In this document: one piece after another, positions 9,453 through 19,410 of the stretch
How positions within the stretch are numbered: the first letter of the stretch is position 1
Layout of the letters: each line of letters opens with the position of its first letter
NCBI GenBank assembly: GCA_963801165.1
Contig: CAWDDT010000006.1
Coordinates: 448,001-512,000 of the forward strand
DNA: 64,000 bases
DNA from: an uncultured bacterium
Lineage (GTDB): Bacteria > Actinomycetota > Acidimicrobiia > Spongiisociales > UBA5794
Direction: 5' to 3'
Translations under genes and position numbers: made by a program
The notes under the pieces: generated by a model
What the model saw: the letters and a program-made list of their open reading frames with translations, nothing else
The model's database searches: none
What the model was told of the DNA's origin: nothing

Positions 9453-9731
9453 CTACTCTGCAAGCTTGCCAAGGAGCTTGGCCCGCTTTGCCTCGAGCCT
9501 GGCACGGCGCAAACGCAGCTGTTCGAGGTGGCGCTCAAACCGGGCCACGTCGGCCGCCGTCTCCCGGGCATCCGAACGATCGATGGGACTCCCCGACACC
9601 ACGGCGTCGCGCTGGGTGTCGTCGTTGAGATGCCGGTGGATGTTCAGCTCTTCAGCGGCCAGGTCCTCGGCGTGCTGGAGCGCGGCGATCTCGTCGCCGA
9701 TCTGAAACAGCTTGCGCTCGATTCGCTTCAT
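9453..9731 (-). CDS. Hypothetical 92-aa coiled-coil protein
   Basis: Clean ORF with helical charged composition; TAGACT -10 element 9 nt before the ATG. Confidence 0.75.
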   Translation of the reverse strand: MKRIERKLFQIGDEIAALQHAEDLAAEELNIHRHLNDDTQRDAVVSGSPIDRSDARETAADVARFERHLEQLRLRRARLEAKRAKLLGKLAE

Positions 9732-9823
9732 GGCAGAGCGAGTCTACGATCCCGGGCTCCCAAGGAGTACGTCGCAGACCTCTAATCCGGGTCGGCCGAC
9801 TCACTCCTAGACTGCACCGCCCT

Positions 9824-9907
9824 GCCGGGATGGCGAAATTGGTAGACGCGACGGACTCAAAATCCGTTGGGCGCAAGTCCGTGGGGGTTCGAGTCCCCCT
9901 CCCGGTA
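9824..9907 (+). tRNA. tRNA-Leu (anticodon CAA)
   Basis: Acceptor stem GCCGGGA/TCCCGGT, D-arm TGGCGAAATTGGTAGACGC, anticodon arm ACGGA-CTCAAAA-TCCGT, long variable arm, T-loop GTTCGAGT. CCA is not encoded. Confidence 0.97.
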
Positions 9908-9910
9908 CGA

Positions 9911-9931
9911 GCCTGCTGCTTGGCAGCAGGC
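9911..9931 (+). terminator. GC-rich hairpin directly after tRNA-Leu
   Basis: GCCTGCTGC-TTG-GCAGCAGGC perfect 9-bp stem; no clear U-tract. Confidence 0.5.
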
Positions 9932-9977
9932 CACAGCTTTGTGCGGAGCGCGTCCGCAACGACACGGGGGGCCCAGT

Positions 9978-10045
9978 GGCGGTCGGGCCGTCGGCATCGC
10001 GGCGTGTGGTGCGGAAACCGCAAATGCGCCGACGGCCCTACCGCC
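9978..10045. repeat. Inverted repeat with 18-bp arms (17/18 match) enclosing a small internal hairpin
   Basis: GGCGGTCGGGCCGTCGGC (9978-9995) pairs with GCCGACGGCCCTACCGCC (10028-10045); inner TGCGG-AAA-CCGCA. Confidence 0.75.
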
Positions 10046-10151
10046 GGTGAAGCCAAGCCGCGCTGGAAGGGTGCGGACCCGACTTGCGGCAATTCTTGCC
10101 GACGACACCCTGGGGCACCAGAGGCATAATCGGCGCCACCGTGCGAGCTAG

Positions 10152-10958
10152 TCAGCCCGACCGCATGGCGTCGGCGAGTTCGGCGACCGCCCTCGACAAC
10201 GAATCCCGGGCGGACGCGGCGTCCGGAGCCTCGAGCACTCTCCGCACCAGAGCCGTGCCGACGATGACGCCGTCGGCTGCTGCAGCCGCGAGACGTGCCT
10301 GGGTCGGCGTGGCGATGCCCACACCGGCAACCACGGGCGTGGCGCCGTGCTCTCGGACCCGCGCCACCAGCGACGCAATGTGACGCGACACCTCCGATCG
10401 CTCGCCCGTCACCCCGATCTCGGCGATCCCGTAGATGAACGGCGGGTCGGCCGCGATCACCCGCTTCAACCTGGCCTCAGTGGTGGTGGGAGCAACAAAC
10501 AAGACAAGACCAAGGTCGCGCTTCTGCAGCGCCTCGGCGAACGGCTCCGCCTCATCGACGGGCAGGTCGGCGATGATCACCCCCGATCCGCCGGCCCGCT
10601 TCACCGCATCGGCGAAGGTGTCGATGCCGATGCGGAGCACCGGGTTGACATACGTCATCACCACCGCGGGCTTGCCCGTTCGAGACACGACGTCGCCGAG
10701 GATCTCCAGACCGACGTCGACACCCGACCCTGCCTGCAGCGCCCGGTCGCCCGCGGCCTGGATGACGGGGCCGTCCATCAGCGGATCGGCATAGGGAATA
10801 CCCACCTCGAAGGCATCGGCCCCCGCCTCGGCCATTGCAACAAATAGGTCGGCCGATTCACCCGGCGTGGGCAACCCGGCGGTCATGTACGGCATGAGGG
10901 CCGCCCGTCGTTCGCTGCGGCACGTCGCAAAGAGATCCGCGAGCCGTTCCCTACTCAT
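10152..10958 (-). CDS. trpA: Tryptophan synthase alpha chain
   Basis: [23 protein letters not shown] and DGVIVGTA motifs; start trimmed to MSRERL. Confidence 0.96.
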   Translation of the reverse strand: MSRERLADLFATCRSERRAALMPYMTAGLPTPGESADLFVAMAEAGADAFEVGIPYADPLMDGPVIQAAGDRALQAGSGVDVGLEILGDVVSRTGKPAVVMTYVNPVLRIGIDTFADAVKRAGGSGVIIADLPVDEAEPFAEALQKRDLGLVLFVAPTTTEARLKRVIAADPPFIYGIAEIGVTGERSEVSRHIASLVARVREHGATPVVAGVGIATPTQARLAAAAADGVIVGTALVRRVLEAPDAASARDSLSRAVAELADAMRSG

Positions 10959-12138
10959 CGTGCTCACCCCTGGCAATGATCTGTTGCACGTCTTTGTCGC
11001 CCCGGCCGGAGAGATTGAGCACGACCGTCTTGCCCCGCAGTCGCGCCGCCTCTTTGATGATCCAGGCGAGGCCGTGCGCGGATTCGAGCGCCGGGATGAT
11101 GCCCTCCACCGAGGCAAGGTGGTACACCGCAGCGACCGCCTCCTCATCGGTTATCGAGGTGTACTCGACGAGTCCCTCATCCTTGAAGTAAGCGTGCTCC
11201 GGGCCCACTCCCGGATAGTCGAGACCGGCGGATATGGAGTGCGCTTCGAGGATCTGACCTTGATCGTCCTGGAGGAGGTAGGTCATTGAACCGTGAATGA
11301 CCCCAGGGCTGCCTGCGACAAGAGAAGCTCCGTGATGACCGGTCTCCAACCCGTACCCGGCGGCTTCGACACCAACCAGCTCGACACCCGATCCAACGTA
11401 CGGGTAGAAAACGCCCATCGAGTTCGAACCGCCGCCTACGCAGGCGACGATGACGTCAGGACGCGGTCTGTCGACGCCGTTCATCTGCTCTTGGAGCTCC
11501 TCCCCGATCACCTTCTGGAACTCGCGCACTATCCACGGAAACGGGTGAGGGCCCACGACCGAGCCGATGATGTAGTGCGTTCCGGTGACGCTCGCCACCC
11601 AGTCGCGCATAGCCGCAGAGACCGCGTCCTTCAAGGTGCCCGCACCCGACGTGACGGGCCGAACCTCGGTCCCGAGCATGCGCATCCGGTGCACGTTGAG
11701 TGCCTGGCGCTCGATGTCCTTCTCCCCCATGTAGACGACGCACTCCTGGCCCAGGAGCGCACAGGCCGTCGCCGTCGCCACCCCGTGCTGCCCCGCCCCC
11801 GTCTCGGCGATCACCCGCTGTTTCCCCATGCGCCTGGTAAGAAGCGCCTGGCCCATCGTGTTGTTGATCTTGTGTGCCCCTGTATGAGCGAGATCTTCCC
11901 GCTTCAAGTACAGCTCTACGCCTAATTCGTCTGAGAGACGGCTCGCCCGGTACACCGGCGTCGGTCTGCCGACGAAGTCCCGGAGCAACCCGTCCAGCTC
12001 GGCGTGAAAACCCGGATCCGCCCACGCCTCGACGAACGCGCTCTCGAGCTCTTCGAGCGCCGGCATCAGGGTCTCGGGTGCAAACTGGCCCCCGTAACCG
12101 GCGAACCTTCCTCTCTCATCTGGTCTGTCGAGTCTCAA
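10951..12138 (-). CDS. trpB: Tryptophan synthase beta chain
   Basis: [53 protein letters not shown]. Start is approximate (TTG 12138). Confidence 0.97.
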   Translation of the reverse strand: MRLDRPDERGRFAGYGGQFAPETLMPALEELESAFVEAWADPGFHAELDGLLRDFVGRPTPVYRASRLSDELGVELYLKREDLAHTGAHKINNTMGQALLTRRMGKQRVIAETGAGQHGVATATACALLGQECVVYMGEKDIERQALNVHRMRMLGTEVRPVTSGAGTLKDAVSAAMRDWVASVTGTHYIIGSVVGPHPFPWIVREFQKVIGEELQEQMNGVDRPRPDVIVACVGGGSNSMGVFYPYVGSGVELVGVEAAGYGLETGHHGASLVAGSPGVIHGSMTYLLQDDQGQILEAHSISAGLDYPGVGPEHAYFKDEGLVEYTSITDEEAVAAVYHLASVEGIIPALESAHGLAWIIKEAARLRGKTVVLNLSGRGDKDVQQIIARGEHDE

Positions 12139-12724
12139 CTGTTTTCGCCCTCTCGATGAAGTCAGCAACCATACCGTGGTCCTTACGCCCCGGTGATATC
12201 TCGAGGCCACTCGAGGCATCGACACCCCACGGCCGCACCATCTGAACCGCTTCGGCCACGTTGTCCGGCCCGAGCCCCCCGGCCAGGACAAAGTCACGCT
12301 CGACGCCGCCGATCATCGCCCAGTCGAACGTCTCCCCCGTCCCGCCCAGCTTCGATTGCGAGGGCGTGTCGAGTAGCGGGATACCCGGCACGGTCCCCAG
12401 CTCAGCCTGTGGCGATGACGGGAACAGCACCAGATAACCGGCCTGTTCCGCGGCCCGGGCCGTCTCCAATCGGTGTCGACCGTAGGGCTGCACCCCGCTC
12501 AGCGGGCCGCCGTGGAGGATTTCGAGGACGTCGTCCGGCTCGAGGTCCATCGTGAGCAGAACCGCATCCACCGGGACACGGTCGGCCAGCGCGAATGCAG
12601 TGTCGAGCGTGATGAACCGCGGCGACGAGGGCACGTTGACCAGGCCAATCGCATCGGCGCCGGCCGCTACCGCGGCCGAGACGTCTTCGGCGATGGTCAG
12701 CCCGCAGACCTTGACCCAGGTCAT
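12116..12724 (-). CDS. trpF: Phosphoribosylanthranilate isomerase
   Basis: [33 protein letters not shown]. Confidence 0.95.
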   Translation of the reverse strand: MTWVKVCGLTIAEDVSAAVAAGADAIGLVNVPSSPRFITLDTAFALADRVPVDAVLLTMDLEPDDVLEILHGGPLSGVQPYGRHRLETARAAEQAGYLVLFPSSPQAELGTVPGIPLLDTPSQSKLGGTGETFDWAMIGGVERDFVLAGGLGPDNVAEAVQMVRPWGVDASSGLEISPGRKDHGMVADFIERAKTVETRQTR

Positions 12725-13467
12725 GAGCCGGTGAGTCGGCCGATGAGCGCCGCCGGGTCGGAGCTCATGACGAGAGCCTCCCCGACCAGGATGGCGTCGT
12801 AGCCCGCGGCGGCCATCCGGGCCGCCCCGCTGGGACTCGACACCCCGCTCTCGGCAACCAGGACGCGTTGGCCGGCGACCACGGGGGCAATTCGCTCGGC
12901 CACGGCCAGGTCGGTGTGAAACGTCGCGAGATCACGATTGTTGATGCCGACCACGCTTGCGCCTACTCGCATCGCCACCGCCGCTTCCTCCGCAGTGTGG
13001 GCCTCCACGAGCGCCTGGATCCCCACCTTCCCGCATTCGCCCAGCATCATCGCAAGCCGGGCTTCGCCGAGGGCAGCCACGATCAACAAGAGCGCGTCGG
13101 CGCCGGCTGCCCGGGACTCCTCGATCTGGCGCGGCTCGATGATGAAGTCCTTGCGGAGCACCGGGACACCTACCGCGGTGCGCACTGCAGTCAAGTCGTC
13201 GAGCGACCCTGCGAAATAGTCAGGCTCGGTGAGGACGGATATCGCGGCGGCACCGCCCCGCTCGTAGGCGTTCGCCCGATCGACCGGATCAAGCCCGATG
13301 TTGAGATCGCCACGTGACGGGGAGCGACGCTTTATCTCGGCGATCACCTGGAGACCCGGCGCAGCGAGGGCTCCGGCAAAGTCGCGCGAGCTCGGGCCGG
13401 GACCTGAGAGCACAACTCCGTCCCGGTCGAGCCGTCGCCGTGTTGCGGCAAGAATCTCGTCGAGCAT
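12721..13467 (-). CDS. trpC: Indole-3-glycerol phosphate synthase
   Basis: IAEIKRRSPSRG, ISVLTE, LRKDFI, GINNRDL, VAESG, LVGEAL. Confidence 0.96.
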   Translation of the reverse strand: MLDEILAATRRRLDRDGVVLSGPGPSSRDFAGALAAPGLQVIAEIKRRSPSRGDLNIGLDPVDRANAYERGGAAAISVLTEPDYFAGSLDDLTAVRTAVGVPVLRKDFIIEPRQIEESRAAGADALLLIVAALGEARLAMMLGECGKVGIQALVEAHTAEEAAVAMRVGASVVGINNRDLATFHTDLAVAERIAPVVAGQRVLVAESGVSSPSGAARMAAAGYDAILVGEALVMSSDPAALIGRLTGS

Positions 13468-13491
13468 GGGGGCATAGTAAGACCGCCCCGC

Positions 13492-13791
13492 TCAGTCCTC
13501 CAGCGAGCGCACGTATTCGACGAGGCTCCTCACCTGCTCTGGCGTGAGCCGGCTGAAGCCGGGCATGTTGCCGGGACCGACCGCGATGACTCCGGCGATC
13601 TGCTCATCGGTGAGGTTCAGAGCGGCGTTAGATCCAGGCCCGATATCGAAGCCTATGCCACCGGACCCGTCCACCCCGTGACAGACGGCACAGGATCGGT
13701 CGAATAGATCCCTGCCGTACAGGTTCTGCTCGGAGGTGGCACACCCGGCGGTCAGCAGTGCGATCAGAGCAACGACAACGAGAACTCGCAT
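13492..13791 (-). CDS. Monoheme c-type cytochrome lipoprotein
   Basis: Lipobox LTAGC, CAVCH heme motif, distal Met in NMPGF. Confidence 0.9.
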   Translation of the reverse strand: MRVLVVVALIALLTAGCATSEQNLYGRDLFDRSCAVCHGVDGSGGIGFDIGPGSNAALNLTDEQIAGVIAVGPGNMPGFSRLTPEQVRSLVEYVRSLED

Positions 13792-13840
13792 GGGTCACGA
13801 ATCTAGGCCAACGCGCCGGCGGACCAGACGCGAAAGACGG

Positions 13841-15301
13841 TCACTCTGCTGCGACGCCGACCAGACGCGGCAACCGCACGACCACGGTTGTTCCCTGTCC
13901 GGGGCTGCTCTCGACATCGATCGAGCCGTCGATCGCATCCACCAGTTCCTTGACGATTGTGAGACCGAGCCCGGAGCCTTCAGGGCGCACCGGCCGGTAG
14001 CGCTGCGCTACGTACAGACGCTCGAATACGTGTTGGACGTCCTCGGGATCAATGCCGGGCCCCGTATCGGATACGGTCAAGCTCACCGTATCCAGGCTCA
14101 CCGTATCCTCCCTCCCGCGCAGCCCCACGCACACCGTTCCCCCTTCGGGGGCGTAGCGCAATGCGTTGTCGAGCAGGTTGCCGACGATCTGGCCAACCCG
14201 GTCCGGATCAATCGTGACCACACCGACATCGTCCAGGTCGGCCACCAGCGCAACGCGGAGCGCCTCTGCCCGGGCCTGCTGCGCCTCGACCAGCTCCGTG
14301 AGGTGCGCCGCCAGATCCACCTCCTCAGGGCGCCAGGTGAACTCGCGCGCCTCGAGGCGCGCCAGCAACATCAGATCCTCGATGAGCCTGCTCAGCCGGT
14401 CGGTCTGAACGCGCAGCACGCCGCCGATCCGCTTCATGTCGGCCGGCTCGACCTCGCCACCGTCGAGAGCTTCTGCGTACCCCCGGAGCGTCGTGAGCGG
14501 CGTCCGCAGATCGTGACCAACACTCATGAGAAAGTCACGCTCGCGGCGCCGCCCGTTATCGAGACGCGCCGCCATCTCATTCAATGCCCCCCCGAGTGCC
14601 GACACATCATCGTCACCATCTTCGGGCGCCCTCACCGAGAAGTCGCCGGTAGTGATCGCTGCGGCCGCCTCGCCGAGCCGATCCAGCCGACGCCCCACCC
14701 GCCGCGCTATCAACGTCGCCAGGATGACCGCCAGCACCGCACCGATTCCCAGCGAGAGGGCGAGAGGCTGCGCGAGGAGGTTGCCGTTCAGAAGCGGCTC
14801 GGTCCGACCGATCGCGATCAGGACCCGCGCCCTGTTGTTCCGCAGCCCGAGCGGGAGGCTGCTCACATACGCCAGTACCGGTCGGCCGCTGACCTCGGTC
14901 TTGATGACGTCGCCGATCACCGGGTCGGTACCCAGACTGTCGAAAAGCGGCCGCTGCACCGAAAACAGACTGCCCGTCGTCAGACCGTCTGCACCGACCA
15001 ACCGCGCCTCGACATAGTCGTGGCCGCCGACGGTACGAACAACCTCGAGCGTCCTCGGTATCGCCAGCAGGTCACTGGCGTCGGTGATCGGCAGGTTGTC
15101 TCGCAGCGACGCGACGATCAGAGTTGCGGTCGCATCGGCCTGCCGCCGCAGCTCGGCCTCGCTCTTGTCAACCAGTTTCCGGCTGATGACCGCGCCCGCG
15201 ACCAGCCCGGCAACCAGGGTCACCGCGGCCACCGCAAGCGCGCTCCACAGGACTTGACGTCGCAACGGGACCCGTGCCGCTCTTTCCAAACTGTCAGCCA
15301 C
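13841..15301 (-). CDS. Membrane sensor histidine kinase (HAMP-HisKA-HATPase)
   Basis: Two TM segments, HAMP, VGHDLRTPLT, NLLDNALRY, DTGPGI, GSGLGL. GTG start at 15301 overlaps the regulator stop. Confidence 0.93.
   Translation of the reverse strand: MADSLERAARVPLRRQVLWSALAVAAVTLVAGLVAGAVISRKLVDKSEAELRRQADATATLIVASLRDNLPITDASDLLAIPRTLEVVRTVGGHDYVEARLVGADGLTTGSLFSVQRPLFDSLGTDPVIGDVIKTEVSGRPVLAYVSSLPLGLRNNRARVLIAIGRTEPLLNGNLLAQPLALSLGIGAVLAVILATLIARRVGRRLDRLGEAAAAITTGDFSVRAPEDGDDDVSALGGALNEMAARLDNGRRRERDFLMSVGHDLRTPLTTLRGYAEALDGGEVEPADMKRIGGVLRVQTDRLSRLIEDLMLLARLEAREFTWRPEEVDLAAHLTELVEAQQARAEALRVALVADLDDVGVVTIDPDRVGQIVGNLLDNALRYAPEGGTVCVGLRGREDTVSLDTVSLTVSDTGPGIDPEDVQHVFERLYVAQRYRPVRPEGSGLGLTIVKELVDAIDGSIDVESSPGQGTTVVVRLPRLVGVAAE
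14081..14108. repeat. 15-bp in-frame duplication in the kinase ATPase domain (DTVSL DTVSL)
   Basis: GCTCACCGTATCCAG followed by GCTCACCGTATCC. Confidence 0.85.
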
Positions 15302-15974
15302 CTTCCGCCATCCGGTACCCGACGCCCCATACCGTCTCGATGGGGATTTCGGGGAGCTTCTTGCGCAACTGGCGGACGTGGACGTCCACCGTCCGGGTCT
15401 CGCCAACGTAGTCGTACCCCCACACCGCCTCGAGCAGCTGTCGCCGCGACAGGACGAGTCCCGGGTGTGAGGCGAGATGCCAGAGCAGGTCGAACTCGCG
15501 GGCGGTCGGTCGCACGATCTCACCCGACGGCAACTCCACCTGTCTGCGCCCGCTGTCAATCGAGAAGCCGCCAACGCCAATCGTCTGCACCGACACCCGG
15601 CGCTCCTCGCTGCGACGCAGCACGGCTTTGACCCTCGCCACCAGCTCACGTGGGGAGAATGGCTTGGTCACGTAGTCGTCGGCTCCGATTTCGAGGCCCA
15701 CGATCTTGTCCACTTCGGAGTCGCGAGCGGTGAGCATGAGAATCGGGATATCGGAGGCGGCGCGCAGCCGTCGGCACACTTCGATGCCGTCGATACCCGG
15801 TAACCCGATGTCCAGGAGGGCCGCCCTAACATCTCCCTGTTTGGCCCGTTCCAGCCCTGCTTCGCCCGTCGCCGCATGGACCAGTCGAAACCCATCCCGC
15901 TCGAAATAGAGCCGGAGCAGGTCCGCAATGTCGCCTTCGTCCTCGATCAACAGGATCGTTCCACTCGTGGTCAC
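15294..15974 (-). CDS. OmpR/PhoB family response regulator
   Basis: ILLIEDE, LLDIGLPG, GADDYVTKPF and winged helix TVDVHVRQLRKKL. GGAGG precedes the GTG at 15974. Confidence 0.95.
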   Translation of the reverse strand: MTTSGTILLIEDEGDIADLLRLYFERDGFRLVHAATGEAGLERAKQGDVRAALLDIGLPGIDGIEVCRRLRAASDIPILMLTARDSEVDKIVGLEIGADDYVTKPFSPRELVARVKAVLRRSEERRVSVQTIGVGGFSIDSGRRQVELPSGEIVRPTAREFDLLWHLASHPGLVLSRRQLLEAVWGYDYVGETRTVDVHVRQLRKKLPEIPIETVWGVGYRMAEGG

Positions 15975-16033
15975 ATGGCCTCCACCAGCCAGTATCGCTG
16001 CCGATTGTTCGAGGACTGTAAGAGATTCACAAA

Positions 16034-16105
16034 GACTTCGGGGGCGACTTCGGGGGCGACTTCGGGGGCGACTTCGGGGGCGACTTCGGGGACGACATCG
16101 GGGGG
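16034..16105. repeat. 12-bp tandem repeat x6 (GACTTCGGGGGC) abutting the ygfZ-like stop codon
   Basis: Four perfect and two degenerate copies ending at the stop (16106-16108). Confidence 0.95.
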
Positions 16106-16975
16106 CTACATCGGCAGCGGCATAGGCAGCGTGACGACCTCGCCCGGCATGCCGGCAACCGAAACGAGCGAACCCGGCTCGACCTCGACCCGGATCATCG
16201 CCAGAGCCAGGGACTTCTCGAGCGTTGCGGACCATGCCGTCGATGTCACCGAACCGACCGGTCGCTCCCCCGCGATGACCTCGGCGCCGGGATCGGGTGG
16301 CTCCCCTACGATGACCAGCCCGGTGAGGCTCCGGTTCACGTGCCCTCGCGAGTCGATCCTGGCGACCAGCTCCTGACCCAGGTAGCAGCCCTTGGTGAAG
16401 TCCACCGCCGTGGCGACATCGACCCCCTCCTGGGGAATCGTGGTGTCGTCGAGATCGACACCCATCACGGCTTCGCCGATGGCTATCCGGAGCACCTCGA
16501 CTCTGTCATCCCCCGACTTCTCACCATCGGGACGGCTCCCGACGACCAGGATCCGCTCCTCGCTGCCATACCGAAACGGCATGCGGAACCGAACCGGTAC
16601 CTCGCCGCTCCAGCTTCCGGGCGGCGGCACGGCACCGATACCGTCCGCGGCGCCGGATCCCCACCGCTCCCAGATCGTCTCTGGCTCGACCTCGATCGTC
16701 ACATCGACACGGATCTTGAACCGGCGCAAATCATCGGCAACCACCCCGGTGCGCCCGGCATCACAGACCAGCCCGATCCGCTCGGAGCCGCGGAGAACCA
16801 ACAGGGTCGCTCGCAGCTTCCCTTTTGGGGACAGCAACAACGACCGTGCCGTCCCGCCCACGGGGATGGCGGCAATGTTCTGGCTGAGAAGCCCGTCCAG
16901 GAAAGAGACCGCGTCGGCCCCCGATACCCAAACGATCCCGGAACGTCCGCTGGTCAGCAGCGGGAGCTCAGACAT
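16106..16975 (-). CDS. YgfZ/GcvT family folate-binding protein
   Basis: KGCYLGQE signature; start MSELPLL overlaps the trpE stop. Confidence 0.92.
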   Translation of the reverse strand: MSELPLLTSGRSGIVWVSGADAVSFLDGLLSQNIAAIPVGGTARSLLLSPKGKLRATLLVLRGSERIGLVCDAGRTGVVADDLRRFKIRVDVTIEVEPETIWERWGSGAADGIGAVPPPGSWSGEVPVRFRMPFRYGSEERILVVGSRPDGEKSGDDRVEVLRIAIGEAVMGVDLDDTTIPQEGVDVATAVDFTKGCYLGQELVARIDSRGHVNRSLTGLVIVGEPPDPGAEVIAGERPVGSVTSTAWSATLEKSLALAMIRVEVEPGSLVSVAGMPGEVVTLPMPLPM

Positions 16976-18452
16976 GATGGGCCGCTTCAACGGCGGCGAG
17001 CACGGCGGCCGCCTTGTTCATGCATTCCTGATACTCGGCGCCGGGGTCGCTGTCTGCGACCACACCGGCGCCCGCCTGGACCCAGGCCTTGCCGCCCGCG
17101 GCCACCAGGGTGCGGAGAGCTATAGCGGTATCGAGGTTCCCGGAGAAGTCGATGTAGCCGACTGCCCCTGCGTAGGGCCCGCGAGCAGTGGGCTCGAGGT
17201 CGTCGATGATCTCCATCGCACGTACCTTGGGGGCGCCCGATACCGTGCCATGGGGGAACGTTGCCCGCAATACGTCCACGGGGCCGATGTCGGGCCGCAA
17301 CCGGCCGGACACTCCAGAGACGATGTGCATCACGTGGGAATACCGTTCGATCACCATGAGGTCGTCGACGCTGATCGTGCCGAACTCGCAGACCCGCCCG
17401 AGGTCGTTTCTCGCCAGATCGATCAGCATCACGTGCTCGGCACGCTCCTTCGGGTCGGCCAGCAGCTCGGCTTCCAGGCGCTCATCCTCGGTGCTCGTCT
17501 TGCCCCTGGGCCGGGTGCCCGCGATCGGGCGACTGGTGGCGATGCCGTCGCGGGCCCGCACCATGAGCTCGGGGGACGAGCCCACGATGGCGACGTCTTC
17601 GCCACGGACGAAGAACATGAATGGTGACGGATTGACTAGACGTAGCGCACGGTACACGCGGAAGGGGTCGGTATCCAGATCGACCTCGAGCCGGATCGAC
17701 GGGACGATCTGAAACGCGTCGCCGTTCCTGATGTGCTTCTTGGCGACGCGCACGGCCTCCTCGAACTCCTCCCGACTCATGTTGGCAATTGCCTCGGGCC
17801 GGGCGTCAAACCCGGGACGTGGCAGCGCCTCGTAGCGTGCGGGTGCCGCAAGTCGCTCTGCCGCGGCCTCCAAGTCGGCGACGGCACGATCGTAGTCTGC
17901 CTCCGGGTCCTCACCCACGAATACGTTTCTGATCAACGTGACCGTGTCCCGGAACCGATCGACGGCGGCGAGCATCCCGAAGAACTGCCAAACCATCTCC
18001 GGGAGTTGTCGATCGTCCGGCGGACGGTTGGGTAGATGCTCGATGTGTCGAACTGCGTCGTAGGCGAGATAGCCGACCGCCCCCGAGTGCAACGGTGGCA
18101 AGTCGCGGCCGTGGCCGAGCTCTTCGGATGTGGGCACAGACAACGAAGCGATGACCTTCTCGAGGACCGTGAGTGGATCGCCATCTGGCAGCTCCCGGTA
18201 TCTCCCGGTGACCGCACAGCGACCGTCCCGGGCGTGCAGCGTGAACTCAGGCTGCCCCCCAACAAACGACCATCGCGCCCAACGCTCACCACCCTCCACA
18301 GACTCGAGAAGGAAACCCGGCTCGTCACCGATCAGCTTCTCGAATGCCGATATGGCCGTCTCCCTGTCTGCCAGCACCTCGACCGATATGGGCACGACCT
18401 CGTAGCGAGAGGCGAGATCGACGAACCGGGCACGCGAGAGGTCTGGTGTCAT
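16968..18452 (-). CDS. trpE: Anthranilate synthase component I
   Basis: FLLESVEGGERWARWS, NPSPFM, RPIAGTRPRG, KERAEHVMLIDLARND, GTVSGAPK; start trimmed to MTPDLS. Confidence 0.92.
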   Translation of the reverse strand: MTPDLSRARFVDLASRYEVVPISVEVLADRETAISAFEKLIGDEPGFLLESVEGGERWARWSFVGGQPEFTLHARDGRCAVTGRYRELPDGDPLTVLEKVIASLSVPTSEELGHGRDLPPLHSGAVGYLAYDAVRHIEHLPNRPPDDRQLPEMVWQFFGMLAAVDRFRDTVTLIRNVFVGEDPEADYDRAVADLEAAAERLAAPARYEALPRPGFDARPEAIANMSREEFEEAVRVAKKHIRNGDAFQIVPSIRLEVDLDTDPFRVYRALRLVNPSPFMFFVRGEDVAIVGSSPELMVRARDGIATSRPIAGTRPRGKTSTEDERLEAELLADPKERAEHVMLIDLARNDLGRVCEFGTISVDDLMVIERYSHVMHIVSGVSGRLRPDIGPVDVLRATFPHGTVSGAPKVRAMEIIDDLEPTARGPYAGAVGYIDFSGNLDTAIALRTLVAAGGKAWVQAGAGVVADSDPGAEYQECMNKAAAVLAAVEAAHHV

Positions 18453-18487
18453 GACGGCGAGGTTAGACCGCACCACCGCAACCGGAA

Positions 18488-19270
18488 TCACACACTCGTC
18501 AGGCTGTCGAGCCCGATCGCGCGCAGCAACTTGTCGAAGAAGGAGGAGAGGACGTTCACATTGCCGGTGACCATGAGCAGACCGAAGCCGGCGAGCAACA
18601 ACCCGGAGAAGACGCTGATCGGGGTCAGGTAGCGCTTGATTCCGTTGAAGACGGAGAACGTCTTGGCGAGCACGAGCGAGGCGACCAGGAAGGGCACGCC
18701 GAGGCCAAGCGAATAGAACGCAAGGACGAGCATCGCGTGCCCGGTTTGACCCGACGTCTCCGCGTTGAGGCCGAGGGTGAGCGCGGCACCGAGAAATGGC
18801 CCGATGCACGGGGTCCACCCGAATGCGAACGCCATCCCCATCACCGGTGGAGCGAATGCCCCGAATCGGCTGGGGCGGATCTCCAGGCGCCGGTCTTTCA
18901 TCACCGGCAGCAATATGCGGGGCTGCCAGATCGCGGTGACCGCGATGAACACGCCCATGACGATGATCACCCACCCGGCGATCGTGGTGAACACCCCGCC
19001 GTTCAGGAGACGTCCGATCGACGAAGCGGCGCCACCAAAGAGCACGACAAAAACGAGCGTGAACCCGAGTATGAACAGGATCGTGGCCCTGGCCACCTTC
19101 CACATCGAGGCCTGACCTTCGGCGATCTCACGGGTCGAATATCCGGACATCAACCCGAGGTATCCGGGCAGGAGGGGAAGCACGCACGGCGAGAGGAAGG
19201 AAGCGGCGCCGGCGAGAACGGCCGCGACCAGCGAGGTGTCTACCTCCGCCAGGAACGTATGAACGCTCAA
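18488..19270 (-). CDS. ccdA: Cytochrome c biogenesis protein CcdA
   Basis: SFLSPCVLPLLPGY and FGWTPCIGP motifs; TTG start after GAGGAGGAG. Confidence 0.92.
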   Translation of the reverse strand: MSVHTFLAEVDTSLVAAVLAGAASFLSPCVLPLLPGYLGLMSGYSTREIAEGQASMWKVARATILFILGFTLVFVVLFGGAASSIGRLLNGGVFTTIAGWVIIVMGVFIAVTAIWQPRILLPVMKDRRLEIRPSRFGAFAPPVMGMAFAFGWTPCIGPFLGAALTLGLNAETSGQTGHAMLVLAFYSLGLGVPFLVASLVLAKTFSVFNGIKRYLTPISVFSGLLLAGFGLLMVTGNVNVLSSFFDKLLRAIGLDSLTSV

Positions 19271-19410
19271 GATGCTCCTCCTCAGGGCGTCGCCCGTCGA
19301 CAACAAGAGCCCACACCGGTTTGTTCCAACACGTGGTGATGCGGGCCGTCGACCTCGACGCAGGGTAACCTCGTTGCGCTGATGGTTGACCACAACGGGC
19401 GTAGAACCGC

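Noticed and set aside
9824-9907. tRNA-Leu as an integration site for an island
   Set aside because: No integrase, and I saw no duplicated tRNA 3' end in the window.
15975-16235. N-terminal extension (RPRS repeats) of the response regulator in the ORF track, and similar extensions of trpA, trpB, trpE, MATE, murD and dnaE
   Set aside because: They overlap upstream genes; better starts with an RBS or -10 element lie downstream.
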